Assembly: GCA_963748515.1 (NCBI GenBank)
Contig: CAVVJI010000010.1
Span: forward strand, 39,330 to 103,329
Direction of reading: 5' to 3'
Origin: Candidatus Acidiferrales bacterium
Lineage (GTDB): Bacteria > Acidobacteriota > Terriglobia > Acidiferrales > UBA7541
Length of the DNA: 64,000 nt
The translations under genes and the position numbers were made by a program. The first letter of the stretch is position 1, and each line of letters starts with the position of its first letter. This document shows, piece after piece, positions 41,701 to 50,718 of this stretch. The notes below the pieces were generated by a model, which saw only the letters and a list, made by a program, of their open reading frames with translations, did no database searches and was not told where the DNA came from.

Positions 41701-41869
41701 AAAGGGATAGGAAAATCGCGGCAGCAAGTCTGGGTGCGGTTCGCTTCCCACAGCAAGCATCCGAATCGGTGTTCAGTGTCGCGCCGAGTCAGGTGTCATC
41801 CGGCGCAGGCAAGTGCGGTTTGCGTGGCGCAGCAATCACGCCAGTCAGTTCCGCGAAGATTTTTCCCGC

Positions 41870-41944
41870 AGGGGCGTAGCTCAGTGGTAGAGCAGCGGCC
41901 TTTTAAGCCGAAGGTCGTGGGTTCGATCCCCACCGCCCCTACCA
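41870..41944 (+). tRNA. tRNA-Lys (anticodon TTT)
   Basis: Acceptor AGGGGCG/CGCCCCT, D arm GCTC-AGTGGTA-GAGC, anticodon loop CTTTTAA, T arm GTGGG-TTCGATC-CCCAC, encoded CCA. Confidence 0.96.
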
Positions 41945-42021
41945 ATATCCGCATTGTTTACATGTAGTTGGAAAAATTTGAGGGCGCTCGGGGGCGCATT
42001 AACCGCGCCTCTTCGCCTGTC

Positions 42022-43167
42022 TCAAGCCACTTGCGCTGGAATCACCAAACGGACAACTTTACTGTTTGCTTCCCGAAGGGCATTTGGAACCGCCTGGGTG
42101 TAGATATTCATGGTGGTTCGAATATCCGCATGCCGTAGCAGTTCTTGTTGTACTTTCAGGTCGACTCCGAGCGCATGAAGCAATGTGGAATGGCTATGCC
42201 GGAAGGTATGCCAGCCGATTGGACCGACCCCAGCCCTTTCGCCTGCTGGGATTAGCCAATGCTTATGTATCCGGCTGGGCCAATACGGTTTGCCTGTCTC
42301 TGGATTAGCGAAAACCCACCCTTCAAGATTCGGTCGGGAAGCAAATCTGAGACGGTGCTGTCGCAGTTTCTCCGCGAGCGAACGATCAAGAGGCATCCAC
42401 TTCTGAGAGGCGCGCGTCTTGACGTCGCCCTGCCTGCCGTAAACATAGGCTTGGCGAATAGCGATCCGCGAACCTTCCCAATCAATGGCGGTCCACTTCA
42501 GACCGAGGACTTCGCTTACCCGCAATCCCAAACACATCGCCACAATGCACATCGTTCGAAAAGGTTCCGGGAATATGCTCCAGGACAGCGCAGAATTCTT
42601 GCGCGGTCAGGAACTTTGGTTCCTCGAAGTCGCTTCGAACTGTCCTTCACACGGACGAGGCTCATGGGATTGTGCTGATACGGGAATCAACTCCCAGCGC
42701 ATCGCCGCATTGAACAAGACGTGCATAAGGGTTCTTTAGATGAGACTTGCTCTTCGGAGCCAAATCGAGCCTCTTCAGCCAATCTTCTACAAGCGGCGGT
42801 TTGATATTTTCTATCGGGAAATCCCGCCACTTTGGCTCGATGTGGTTTTTCATCCAGCTTCGGTACCTTGACGCGGTCGAGTGTCGTTCCGGTAGCTCTT
42901 CTGCCAGATACCGTGTGCATGACTGCTCCAAAGGAAACAGACATGCCGGGGGTTTATTGTCGTTCATCGAGAGCATGTAGGACATGCTGGCCTTGCGCGC
43001 CATGATTCAGAGGGATACTGCTTGATCGTCCCAATGATCACGCTGCGCGTTTTGGTGGTGCCTTCCATCAGCTTGTCTCGATAACGCAGGACCCAAACCT
43101 CCGGGCCTTTCTTTCTCGCTTTCAAGTTCAGCCAACCAAACTGAAACCGTTGCCGCTTATGCTCCAT
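42022..43167 (-). pseudogene. Tyrosine integrase 1, split by about 4 frameshifts (decay or read error)
   Basis: RFQFG...WVLRYR N-terminus; catalytic GLRVSE, DVKT, HTFRH, LRHA, MNIY; shifts near 42985, 42730, 42620 and 42570. Confidence 0.8.
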
Positions 43168-43387
43168 CCGATTCCTCCTTTTCGAAGCGGCACGGATGGC
43201 AATGAGAATTTACATGAGAACGTATCCACATTTCTAGTTCCGAGGCACGGAATCGCCATTTGTTGAAGAAGCGATACGCTGGGATCTTGCCTGCTCTGGC
43301 CCAGCGCTCGACTGTTTTGGGATGCAGACCGCCCAGAATGTCGGCCGCTTCTGCGGAATCTAAGAGTGGTTCATTCGCATGGAACAT
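43157..43387 (-). CDS. Excisionase-like HTH_17 DNA-binding protein
   Basis: LLDSAEAADILG.LHPKTVERWARAGKIPA...WRF; overlaps the integrase start. Confidence 0.85.
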   Translation of the reverse strand: MFHANEPLLDSAEAADILGGLHPKTVERWARAGKIPAYRFFNKWRFRASELEMWIRSHVNSHCHPCRFEKEESDGA

Positions 43388-43640
43388 AGAGAGAACTCCT
43401 CTGTGTTTTGATGCTACTATATATATAGCACCATGCAAGAATTTTTTCTTAATTGATTGTTCTTGCAAAGGTTGGCGGCGTCTCCGAATAGATTGGCTGA
43501 GGATAGGGGTATTGAGAGGTTCGAGCTTCCGAAAGGTCAGATGGGGCCGTCACCGTGTAGTAGAATCTTGCCGTCGTGGCTGTAGCGGTAATTTAGTTTT
43601 TTGGACAATCACATTTTCGCGGAGCTTCCTAACTTTCGGA

Positions 43641-43669
43641 CGTGGGTTCGATTCCCATCGCCCGCTCCA
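43641..43669 (+). repeat. tRNA 3'-end fragment (tRNA-Gly-like), candidate att site
   Basis: CGTGGGTTCGATTCCCATCGCCCGCTCCA: T arm, acceptor 3' strand and CCA with no 5' half; lies just beyond the stop of integrase 2. Confidence 0.75.
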
Positions 43670-43690
43670 TATCTTCAGTAAACAAACCAC

Positions 43691-44872
43691 TTAGGCTGCT
43701 GTTGGCTCCAATTCAGCACTTGACTCCAATTCAATCGCGCTGCGTTCAATTTTCTCTGCCAGCGTATTGACCGCACGACGTTGCGAATCGCCGACCACGT
43801 GCCCGTACTTCTGCAATGTGGTCTTCGCATCGACATGACGCAGTTGACGTTGAACGACAGGCAGGGGCGCTCCTTCTTCAAGAAGCTCGCTGGCTGCCGC
43901 GTGACGGAATGCGTGAGTGCCAGTGTGAGGGATGCCCACCCTGTCTTGCGTTGGCCAAAGTCCGTACTCAGTCACCTTGCCGACAGAATAGGCGTTGCCA
44001 TTTCTGTTAGCGAAAAGGGATCTGTTCGGATTTTCGCGCCATTTACCTTTCAGAAAGGCACGAAGTCTTTTTGCCAGCGCATCAGGCATCGGCACCTCAC
44101 CTGTGCTGTTCTTGGTTTTCGTGGATTGCTCTTGCTTCGTGCGTGAATCAATCGAACGGCGAATATAAATAACATTTCGATTGAAGTCCAAGTCACCCGT
44201 CTTCAGGCCAAGCACTTCACCAATCCTGCATCCGGTCATGCCCAACACCGCGAACATCGTGGAATAGGGTTCCTTAGCATGGTTGATGATCTGCCCCACT
44301 TCCTTTGCACTGAGGGCGTGAACTTCACGCTGACCCTCATCACGCGGAAGCACTAGGTCTGACCGCTTGACTGGGGGCAGTAAGTTACCAAACATTCGTG
44401 CGGTGCGCAGAATTGAGAACACTGTTTGCAAAATGTTCTCAAGAGTTTTCCGCGTTACACCTGTTGCCGCAGTGCTGGTCACGAACGCCTGCAGGTTCTT
44501 GGCGGTCATATCCTGAAGAAAGAAAGTCCCAAGTCTAGGTTCAATGTGCTGTGCTAGATGGCTTTCAGCCGCACGAACTGTCGATGGCTTGAGATTCACG
44601 GAGATTTGTTCTCGCCATTCCGTCACCGCTTCCGTGAATGTTCTGCCTCTCTTCATCACGGCTGGTGCGGGAGCGACGTTCACTGCATCTAGGAACGGTT
44701 GCAACGCGGCCAAAGCAGCGCGGCGTGACATGATACTGACGGGGCCTAGCGTCACCGTGCGTCTCACTCGTTTGAACATTGGCTGCAACCGGTCTTCTCT
44801 GAATGAGGCGACCCACATCGGATTTTTCCCTCGTTGGTAGAGCCTGCCTCGTTGAAACCTTCTTCTCGACAC
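43691..44872 (-). CDS. Tyrosine integrase 2 (intact)
   Basis: GGAGG RBS before GTG 44872; RRRFQRG, TGCRIGE, STKT, HAFRH, LRH, QKY catalytic residues. Confidence 0.93.
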   Translation of the reverse strand: MSRRRFQRGRLYQRGKNPMWVASFREDRLQPMFKRVRRTVTLGPVSIMSRRAALAALQPFLDAVNVAPAPAVMKRGRTFTEAVTEWREQISVNLKPSTVRAAESHLAQHIEPRLGTFFLQDMTAKNLQAFVTSTAATGVTRKTLENILQTVFSILRTARMFGNLLPPVKRSDLVLPRDEGQREVHALSAKEVGQIINHAKEPYSTMFAVLGMTGCRIGEVLGLKTGDLDFNRNVIYIRRSIDSRTKQEQSTKTKNSTGEVPMPDALAKRLRAFLKGKWRENPNRSLFANRNGNAYSVGKVTEYGLWPTQDRVGIPHTGTHAFRHAAASELLEEGAPLPVVQRQLRHVDAKTTLQKYGHVVGDSQRRAVNTLAEKIERSAIELESSAELEPTAA

Positions 44873-44989
44873 TAAACCTCCAGTGACCAAAGAAGGCGTT
44901 ACCGCGCAGGATGCTATCACACTGGGCGAGGGATGGCCTGGAGGGGCATTGCAGCAGCTCTTAATGGATGGATAATCATCCATTGACCG

Positions 44990-45814
44990 CTAGACCTCTG
45001 CGAAAGGAAGCTGTTGCGGATGTATAGCTCTGATAAGTCTCTTCACTATGGCGAAGATGTCGAGATCTCCCACCGAAGCTATACTGGGAAGCCCCTCGAA
45101 ATATGTCAGGGCTGACGACCGCCTTCCCATGTTCGCGAATCGTTCATTTGTTGGATTTAAGCAACAGATGCGAACGGTCTCTATTCCTCGGCGAATGAGC
45201 CACCATTCAGCTTTCCGCCTCTTACCAGAGAGTGACAAACCGCGCGAAGTTGAAAAAATTCTGCCTCGCAGTGGCAGACGCAACAATGTGTGTTCAATTT
45301 TAGAGCCGACGAGATATGACGTGAGGTACGCCGACACACGATGAACATCAACGGTCCGGACATCGACGATTTTGCCACCACCTATCGACTGCCACGCCTC
45401 CGAAAGCCACGCTCGTTGGATGAGTACGCTAACCAAAATATGTAGGTGCGCGAACCCCGATTTCTGGAACTCTAAGACAGCGATGAACGGAATTGAACTG
45501 CCGAAGCGGCGCTGCAAAACCACCCTCATCTTTCTCCAGCAATTCTTGATGTACTGCGCGGACCCTTCCGGCTGTCCGATTTTCTTGGGATCTAGAGTGA
45601 GGGTGACGAACTGTGTGAGGTGGTGCTCATGAGCTAAGGTGGCGATTTTTGCACGGTTCTCGTGCAGCCTTTGCTTTTGACAGATAGTACAACGCAACGA
45701 CTGGCACATCAGCCGTTTGTGTCCGCATATTCCCGGCTTACCCTTGAGTGGGCCCCCGACTGTGAAGGACCCGCACTCGAATCGTCGTTTGAATTCTCTG
45801 TTCATCTGTTGCAA
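44990..45814 (-). CDS. HUH rolling-circle replication initiator (Rep)
   Basis: Motif I FVTLTL, motif II AHLHILV, motif III YLTSYL (YxxxY), N-terminal CQSLRCTIC. Confidence 0.85.
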   Translation of the reverse strand: MQQMNREFKRRFECGSFTVGGPLKGKPGICGHKRLMCQSLRCTICQKQRLHENRAKIATLAHEHHLTQFVTLTLDPKKIGQPEGSAQYIKNCWRKMRVVLQRRFGSSIPFIAVLEFQKSGFAHLHILVSVLIQRAWLSEAWQSIGGGKIVDVRTVDVHRVSAYLTSYLVGSKIEHTLLRLPLRGRIFSTSRGLSLSGKRRKAEWWLIRRGIETVRICCLNPTNERFANMGRRSSALTYFEGLPSIASVGDLDIFAIVKRLIRAIHPQQLPFAEV

Positions 45815-46038
45815 TTAACCTTCAATTCAGTCAAGTACCTAAGACTAAGGACAAGACACAAGACTAAGAACAGCAACCGAGGCTGGAACTGTTACCTGCC
45901 ACACTTTTAATCCTGCACCCGCCAGTGGACTCCCCAGACCAGACCGGCGGTACGCAGTCGCGAGATGTGAGGTGGTCGGCACAGAGCCCGCTCTTAGAGT
46001 CCAACCTGGTCTGGGAAGATCGAAGGAACGCATCTAAA

Positions 46039-46308
46039 TCAGAATCCTCTAAAGGCGTCCAAAACAGCCCTCGCAACCGAGCCCGATATGGCTCCCTCTA
46101 ACTCGATTACTGGAAAATATTTTCCAGGGATGTTACCGGGCCTACTTGGAAACCCTACGAAAGGAGGCTTCCCATCAGATTGGACGACAGCGCAGCCATA
46201 AATCCGTATTTCACCGTCCGGACTACGCAGGGTCACATCTGCGTAGGCCTTAACTTTCCCCGGCTTTGGTGTGGGCCGTATTTGAACCGAGATTGCATTG
46301 TTGCTCAT
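46039..46308 (-). CDS. SpoVG-like small nucleic-acid-binding protein
   Basis: VKAYADVTL...IYGCAVV....PFVGFPSR matches the SpoVG pattern; AGGAG RBS. Confidence 0.65.
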   Translation of the reverse strand: MSNNAISVQIRPTPKPGKVKAYADVTLRSPDGEIRIYGCAVVQSDGKPPFVGFPSRPGNIPGKYFPVIELEGAISGSVARAVLDAFRGF

Positions 46309-46405
46309 TTCCCATGCTCCTTATCGACTGACTTTATTTCCAAGCAAATCAAAAATTAAATCCAACGATCCTTTGCGTCCACGGGTGCCGGGGACCTCAC
46401 CATCT

Positions 46406-46723
46406 TCAATTTAGCGGGCCGCACCTAACCGCCCGATTCGAATCCATAAAACCGTTGGACCTCGCCCAACAGAGGCGATCTTGGCCGCGCCTCGACAAAG
46501 CCCAAACGTACACACCTCTCCGCTTGTGGGTACGGCGTCGTGCCATATCTTTACGGCGGCGTAATAGTCCCTGCCGCCACAGCCGGCGAAGGCGTGTAGA
46601 AAGGGACGCTTGATACGAGCGAGTATCTGAAAGAGGGTGATTTGTGCATTTTGCAATCTCTCTTGCAGATACTGGCCAAAGAAATGCGCTAATCACTTCT
46701 AAAATTTGAAATCGAGTCATCAC
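46406..46723 (-). CDS. Basic winged-helix DNA-binding protein
   Basis: SAREIA...LSTRLRRLWRQGLLRR...YVWALSRRG wHTH pattern. Confidence 0.55.
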   Translation of the reverse strand: MMTRFQILEVISAFLWPVSAREIAKCTNHPLSDTRSYQASLSTRLRRLWRQGLLRRRKDMARRRTHKRRGVYVWALSRRGQDRLCWARSNGFMDSNRAVRCGPLN

Positions 46724-47104
46724 TTCTCCCTAAGCTGTCCTCTTGGCAGAAACCTTATTTTTCACGCAAATAGAAACAGCAATTGCGGACGGAATAATAG
46801 ATTCCGCTTTCCGCTAAATTCCAAGAAATTCCGATTTCCTGTGTAAACGAGAGTCCATATCGATGGGGCAACGGTCCATTTACATCGCTCCGTGTCACAA
46901 GCCCAGCCACGCAGAAAGACTCAGTTTTTTATTTGGTTTTTTACGTCGCGGCGTTTTGACAGCTGAATGCTCAGCCTTTCTACCTAGCCGTTGAACGAGC
47001 AGCCTGCATACAATCCTACCGACGCGATTTGTCACTACAATTGACTCAGTTATGACTCTGCTATTTCAAAACTATCGGTAGGGGTTGTGACTTAAAGGTG
47101 AGAT

Positions 47105-47590
47105 TTGATGAAACGAGCATCAAAACGCAGTCGCGAAAATATGACGAAGCTAATGGAAGATAAACTCATTGAGTGCATGCGCGATCTATTGCCTCAAGAA
47201 GTCGTCAACGACTCGACAGAAAGCAAGCTTAGAGAGATTTACAAACACTGGAGCAAAATGGATGGTTCACAAGAAATTATAAGGAATGCAACTCCCGAGT
47301 ACTTGGAGGATGGAAGAAAAAGGCTAAAGGCCATTCCACATACACTCCGACGGTACTTGGCGGGTGCTTACAAGAGATTGCCCCACGATCCTGGGGGTCG
47401 GAAGGAGGTCTTGACAGACTCAGAAAAAGCGGAAGTTATTGATAAAATCGGCAGGTTGATAATAGCAGGTGATGACCTCGCGCGGGCCAAAGAGATAGTC
47501 GCAAGGAAACACGCGGTCAGTTTAAGTACGGTACAGCGTGTTTGGAGAGAAAGAGGAGCCAAGAAAAGCGCAAAGTCGAAAGCGGAATGA
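47105..47590 (+). CDS. Hypothetical protein with C-terminal HTH (divergent regulator candidate)
   Basis: IVARKHAVSLSTVQRVWRE helix-turn-helix. Confidence 0.6.
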   Translation: MMKRASKRSRENMTKLMEDKLIECMRDLLPQEVVNDSTESKLREIYKHWSKMDGSQEIIRNATPEYLEDGRKRLKAIPHTLRRYLAGAYKRLPHDPGGRKEVLTDSEKAEVIDKIGRLIIAGDDLARAKEIVARKHAVSLSTVQRVWRERGAKKSAKSKAE

Positions 47591-47631
47591 TGTCTACAAC
47601 CTCCGGAAAAGTCCGAGGAACTTGCGGTAAT

Positions 47632-48000
47632 TCACTCTTCCTCTACGAGTTGCTGTTGCTTTAAAAGCATGACTTCTGAAGCCTGTGCTTGAAGGACGAT
47701 TGTTAACTTTGCCCCGCTAGATGCGGGACTCGTAGCCAGCTGTTTCAAAGTATGGCCATCGATAGTTACCACTTGCATCGCAGTAGATTCGTTGATTAAT
47801 TTAGCGTGCTGCGTAACCGTTTTGCTGAATTTGCCGGTAGTAACCATCGTTACCACTTGCGATTTTAGCAAGACCGCCAGACCAATCTCTTTGGCTAGAT
47901 CATCAACATGCACAGTGCCTGTGTTTTTGCACTGAATCTGCCATCGCGTAAATACCATCCGCGCGCTTTCAGCAACGACGTCAACCTCAGCGCCCCCTGT
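47632..48000 (-). pseudogene. C-terminal fragment of an Mrr-like/PD-(D/E)xK restriction endonuclease
   Basis: TGGAEVDVVAES...RWQIQCKN...VTMVTTGKFS; no recognisable N-terminal part. Confidence 0.65.
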
Positions 48001-48279
48001 CTTGATAGGCGGATGCGTGCTGCCGAAGAGCGACTTGGTATGTGGGAAAATGGGAGATTCACGGGGACCGGACTTGCGGAAATCATCTCTGCCGGTGGCA
48101 CGGTAGGCCGCTCACTCCTGATCAAGCACTTATCTGCAGCTTCGGGTTCTTGCCGGGCGAAAGGGAAGCGCTTGAACGGCGCCGAAAGTGAAGTCGGTAG
48201 TCATGCGCGGAAATGGAGTGGGGGGACGTCCGAAAGTCGGCTGGTTTTCCAAGGTTGAATTAGAGTACTGATACCCATT

Positions 48280-48999
48280 TTACCGGCAACATCGATCGGA
48301 AACGAGGAAAAATCGGAAACGAGGAAAAATCGGAAACGAGGAAGCTCGTACAACAAATGCAACGGCCTCGGCTTCAGTTTCCCGCACGCGTTGCGTGGGC
48401 GTGCGCCGCGCGTCGCGGTGAAGCATCTCATGCGCAAGTTCATGGACTAGCGTCGAAAACTGCTCGGCCGGTGCCATTCCGGGCAGCAGGATAATCTTCT
48501 TCCCGCAGGACATGCCCTTGGCCGGTGCGATTTCAGCGGAGTATTCAAGAGTAATGCCATGTTCGCGAACAAGCTGTTCGAGGCGAGAGAAGTATTCGCC
48601 CGGTTCGCCCTGAGCGACGCCGATGGTCGGGAGTGGAGCGCCATCGGTTTGGCTGACATCGAAGACGTACACGGCACGAAAGCCGAAGATTCGGGATTCT
48701 TTCTCGGTCGAGCACGCGTCGGCAGACTCAACTTTCCGTACGAGTGGAGCGAGGATCATGAGGCCCTTTTCGCCCTTCTTGACGAAGCGGTCCAGTGAGC
48801 GCCAGGTGTGGAATCCTGCTACACGCGTAGCCTGCGGGCACTGCCGAGCGATCAGCAGAATGTTCTGGAAGCTGTAGCGGTGGAACTTCGCCACGGCGCC
48901 GAGGTAGTTCGTGAGCGCCTCGCTCTTTCCAGCCTTCAGCGCTTCGATGAGCTGCTCGATGGCTTGATTTGTGATGTTCTTGATGTTTTCCGAATTCAT
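48280..48999 (-). CDS. ardC: ArdC-like antirestriction ssDNA-binding protein (DUF1738 N-domain plus HExxH domain); C-terminus replaced by the repeat
   Basis: YSFQNILLI..Q, GF.TW....R.VKKGEKG, VFDVSQT, HELAH, ETEAEAVAFVV. Confidence 0.8.
   Translation of the reverse strand: MNSENIKNITNQAIEQLIEALKAGKSEALTNYLGAVAKFHRYSFQNILLIARQCPQATRVAGFHTWRSLDRFVKKGEKGLMILAPLVRKVESADACSTEKESRIFGFRAVYVFDVSQTDGAPLPTIGVAQGEPGEYFSRLEQLVREHGITLEYSAEIAPAKGMSCGKKIILLPGMAPAEQFSTLVHELAHEMLHRDARRTPTQRVRETEAEAVAFVVRASSFPIFPRFRFFLVSDRCCR
48295..48343 (+). repeat. Tandem 17-bp repeat ATCGGAAACGAGGAAAA, about 2.9 copies
   Basis: Copies start at 48295, 48312 and 48329 (last is 15 bp). Confidence 0.9.
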
Positions 49000-49434
49000 T
49001 TTCTTTGTCCTTTCGGTGAGTGGAGAGTTGGTTCTCTCACCCAGACAGGGGAACCAACTCGCAACGGACTCACGGAAAGGACAGAGCGAATCGGGAACGA
49101 ATTTGCGGCCGGAGCGGATGGCAACGGGCCTGACAGATCGGTGTTGATCTGGCAGCGCTGTGTGCTAGCGAAGGCCGCAGGTTTAAAACAAAGCAAGGAC
49201 AGAGCAGCAATCAGCTTGCGCAGTTGGAAAGGTCTGTCAGAGGTAAACGAAACTTGGCGGGAATGCAGGCGAGATTATGGCGAGAAGTTGCTGGGTGACC
49301 GATATTTACGTGGACTGGGGAGCCGTCGCCCTTGCTTTCGGAGGTGAGACTGCGCCCCGTGCGGCAGCCTGACGGAAATCCTTACCGATTAAGCCTGACC
49401 TCATCGAGAAGGAGACAAACCAGACGTGTTCGAA

Positions 49435-49486
49435 TTGACCTCGACACGCAAATCTACTATCATGGCCATGGGAATTATCATGGCCA
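49435..49486 (+). promoter_or_regulatory. Sigma70 promoter with overlapping operator-like repeats
   Basis: TTGACC-N17-TATCAT; TATCATGGCCA at 49458 and 49476; palindrome CATGGCCATG at 49461-49470. Confidence 0.6.
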
Positions 49487-49497
49487 AGTGAGGCCGC

Positions 49498-50718
49498 GTG
49501 CAACCTCCGTTACCGAGAGCTTTTCCCGAAACCGAGGCCGAGTTCGTTCGCCTGGTCGCTGACCTGTTGCGCGAATACGGGTGGCAAGCTGTTGAACAAC
49601 CAGCTGCAGAGAATCTCGGGGCCGATTTGATCGCCCAACGGTTAGGGAAGAAGTATGTTTTTGAAATCAAACGGGCCTCGGAAGCGCGCCGGGACCGCAT
49701 TATCCCCCTGCTTTCGCAAGCGGCGCTACAAGCAGCGTACGCCGCAAAGAGTCTTCCCGGCAGACCACTTCCCGTGGCGATTGTCGTCGCGAATTACCTC
49801 CCAGAGCCAATGGCAGAACAGGCTGGAGTATTTCTCCGCAAACACGCTCCCGACGTGGCAGTTGGGTTGATCGATTCTGAAGGGTTTCGGTCTTTCTCGG
49901 GTTTTGGCCTTGAGTTTCTCAACTCAGAACGCCGGGCAGAAAGCAGTGTTCCATCACGAAAGCTGCGGGCGCACCCCCCACAGCTATTCTCCGATCTGAA
50001 CCAATGGATGCTGAAAGTCCTTCTGGCACCCGCCATCCCGGAATTCTATCTGTCGGCCCCCCGAAGCCGTTGCGAAGGAGCTGCGCAGCTCGCTGCAGTG
50101 GCCGGAGTATCGGTCATGAGCGCGTTTCGCTTCGTCGAGCAGTTCTCGAAAGAGGGTTTCCTGGAACAAAGTCCGGGCGGTCTTCGGATTGTGAGAGGGA
50201 AAGAACTCGTGAATCGATGGCTCGGAGCGGGACAGAAGCGCAGCTTGGAAGTCCCGATGCGATTCATTCTTCAAAGAGGGAAAGGTTCGCTAGAGAAGGC
50301 TCTTCGTTCTTACGTTGTGGCAAGCGAAAGAGCGCCGAAGGAACGCCACAAATCAGGGAAGGAGCCTCCAACCAAACATCCGAGGGTTTGCTTGGGACTA
50401 TTCGCGGCGGCTGAACAACTGGGATTTGGCTTTGTCCAGGGAGCAGAACCACACATTTACGTAGAGCGAATGAATCAAGAACTACTGGGTTTCCTGGGAC
50501 TCTCGGCAAAGGGGGTAGACAGCCGAGGCGACGTGTATGTACGGGTTCCTTCCAATCGTGAAAGCGTTTTCAGGGGCCTGGTCGTAAAAGAGGGGGTGCC
50601 GTCGAGTGATGTGATTCAGGTTTGGTTGGACGTTTACGGATATCCCGCCCGCGGAAGGGAACAAGCGGATCTCATTTACAGAAGAATTCTCGCCCCCGCT
50701 TTTGAGGGCAACGAATGA
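49498..50718 (+). CDS. AbiEi-like type IV antitoxin/regulator with N-terminal PD-(D/E)xK-like domain
   Basis: ADLIAQRLGKKYVFEIK, central HTH (AQLAAVAGVSVMSAFRF), C-terminal SDVIQVWLDV...RGREQA. Confidence 0.65.
   Translation: MQPPLPRAFPETEAEFVRLVADLLREYGWQAVEQPAAENLGADLIAQRLGKKYVFEIKRASEARRDRIIPLLSQAALQAAYAAKSLPGRPLPVAIVVANYLPEPMAEQAGVFLRKHAPDVAVGLIDSEGFRSFSGFGLEFLNSERRAESSVPSRKLRAHPPQLFSDLNQWMLKVLLAPAIPEFYLSAPRSRCEGAAQLAAVAGVSVMSAFRFVEQFSKEGFLEQSPGGLRIVRGKELVNRWLGAGQKRSLEVPMRFILQRGKGSLEKALRSYVVASERAPKERHKSGKEPPTKHPRVCLGLFAAAEQLGFGFVQGAEPHIYVERMNQELLGFLGLSAKGVDSRGDVYVRVPSNRESVFRGLVVKEGVPSSDVIQVWLDVYGYPARGREQADLIYRRILAPAFEGNE

Noticed and set aside
43590-43669. Complete second tRNA gene
   Set aside because: Only the T arm and 3' acceptor strand are present; there is no matching 5' acceptor strand or D arm.
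46950-47000. Possible antisense tRNA relic (TTGACAGCTGAATGCTC...CTACC)
   Set aside because: Too short and degenerate to fold or assign.
43691-47590. Filamentous (inovirus) prophage
   Set aside because: No Zot/pI ATPase and no small hydrophobic coat genes near the Rep.
48295-48343. Repeat array as a CRISPR
   Set aside because: The 17-bp units are directly adjacent with no spacers, and no cas genes are present.
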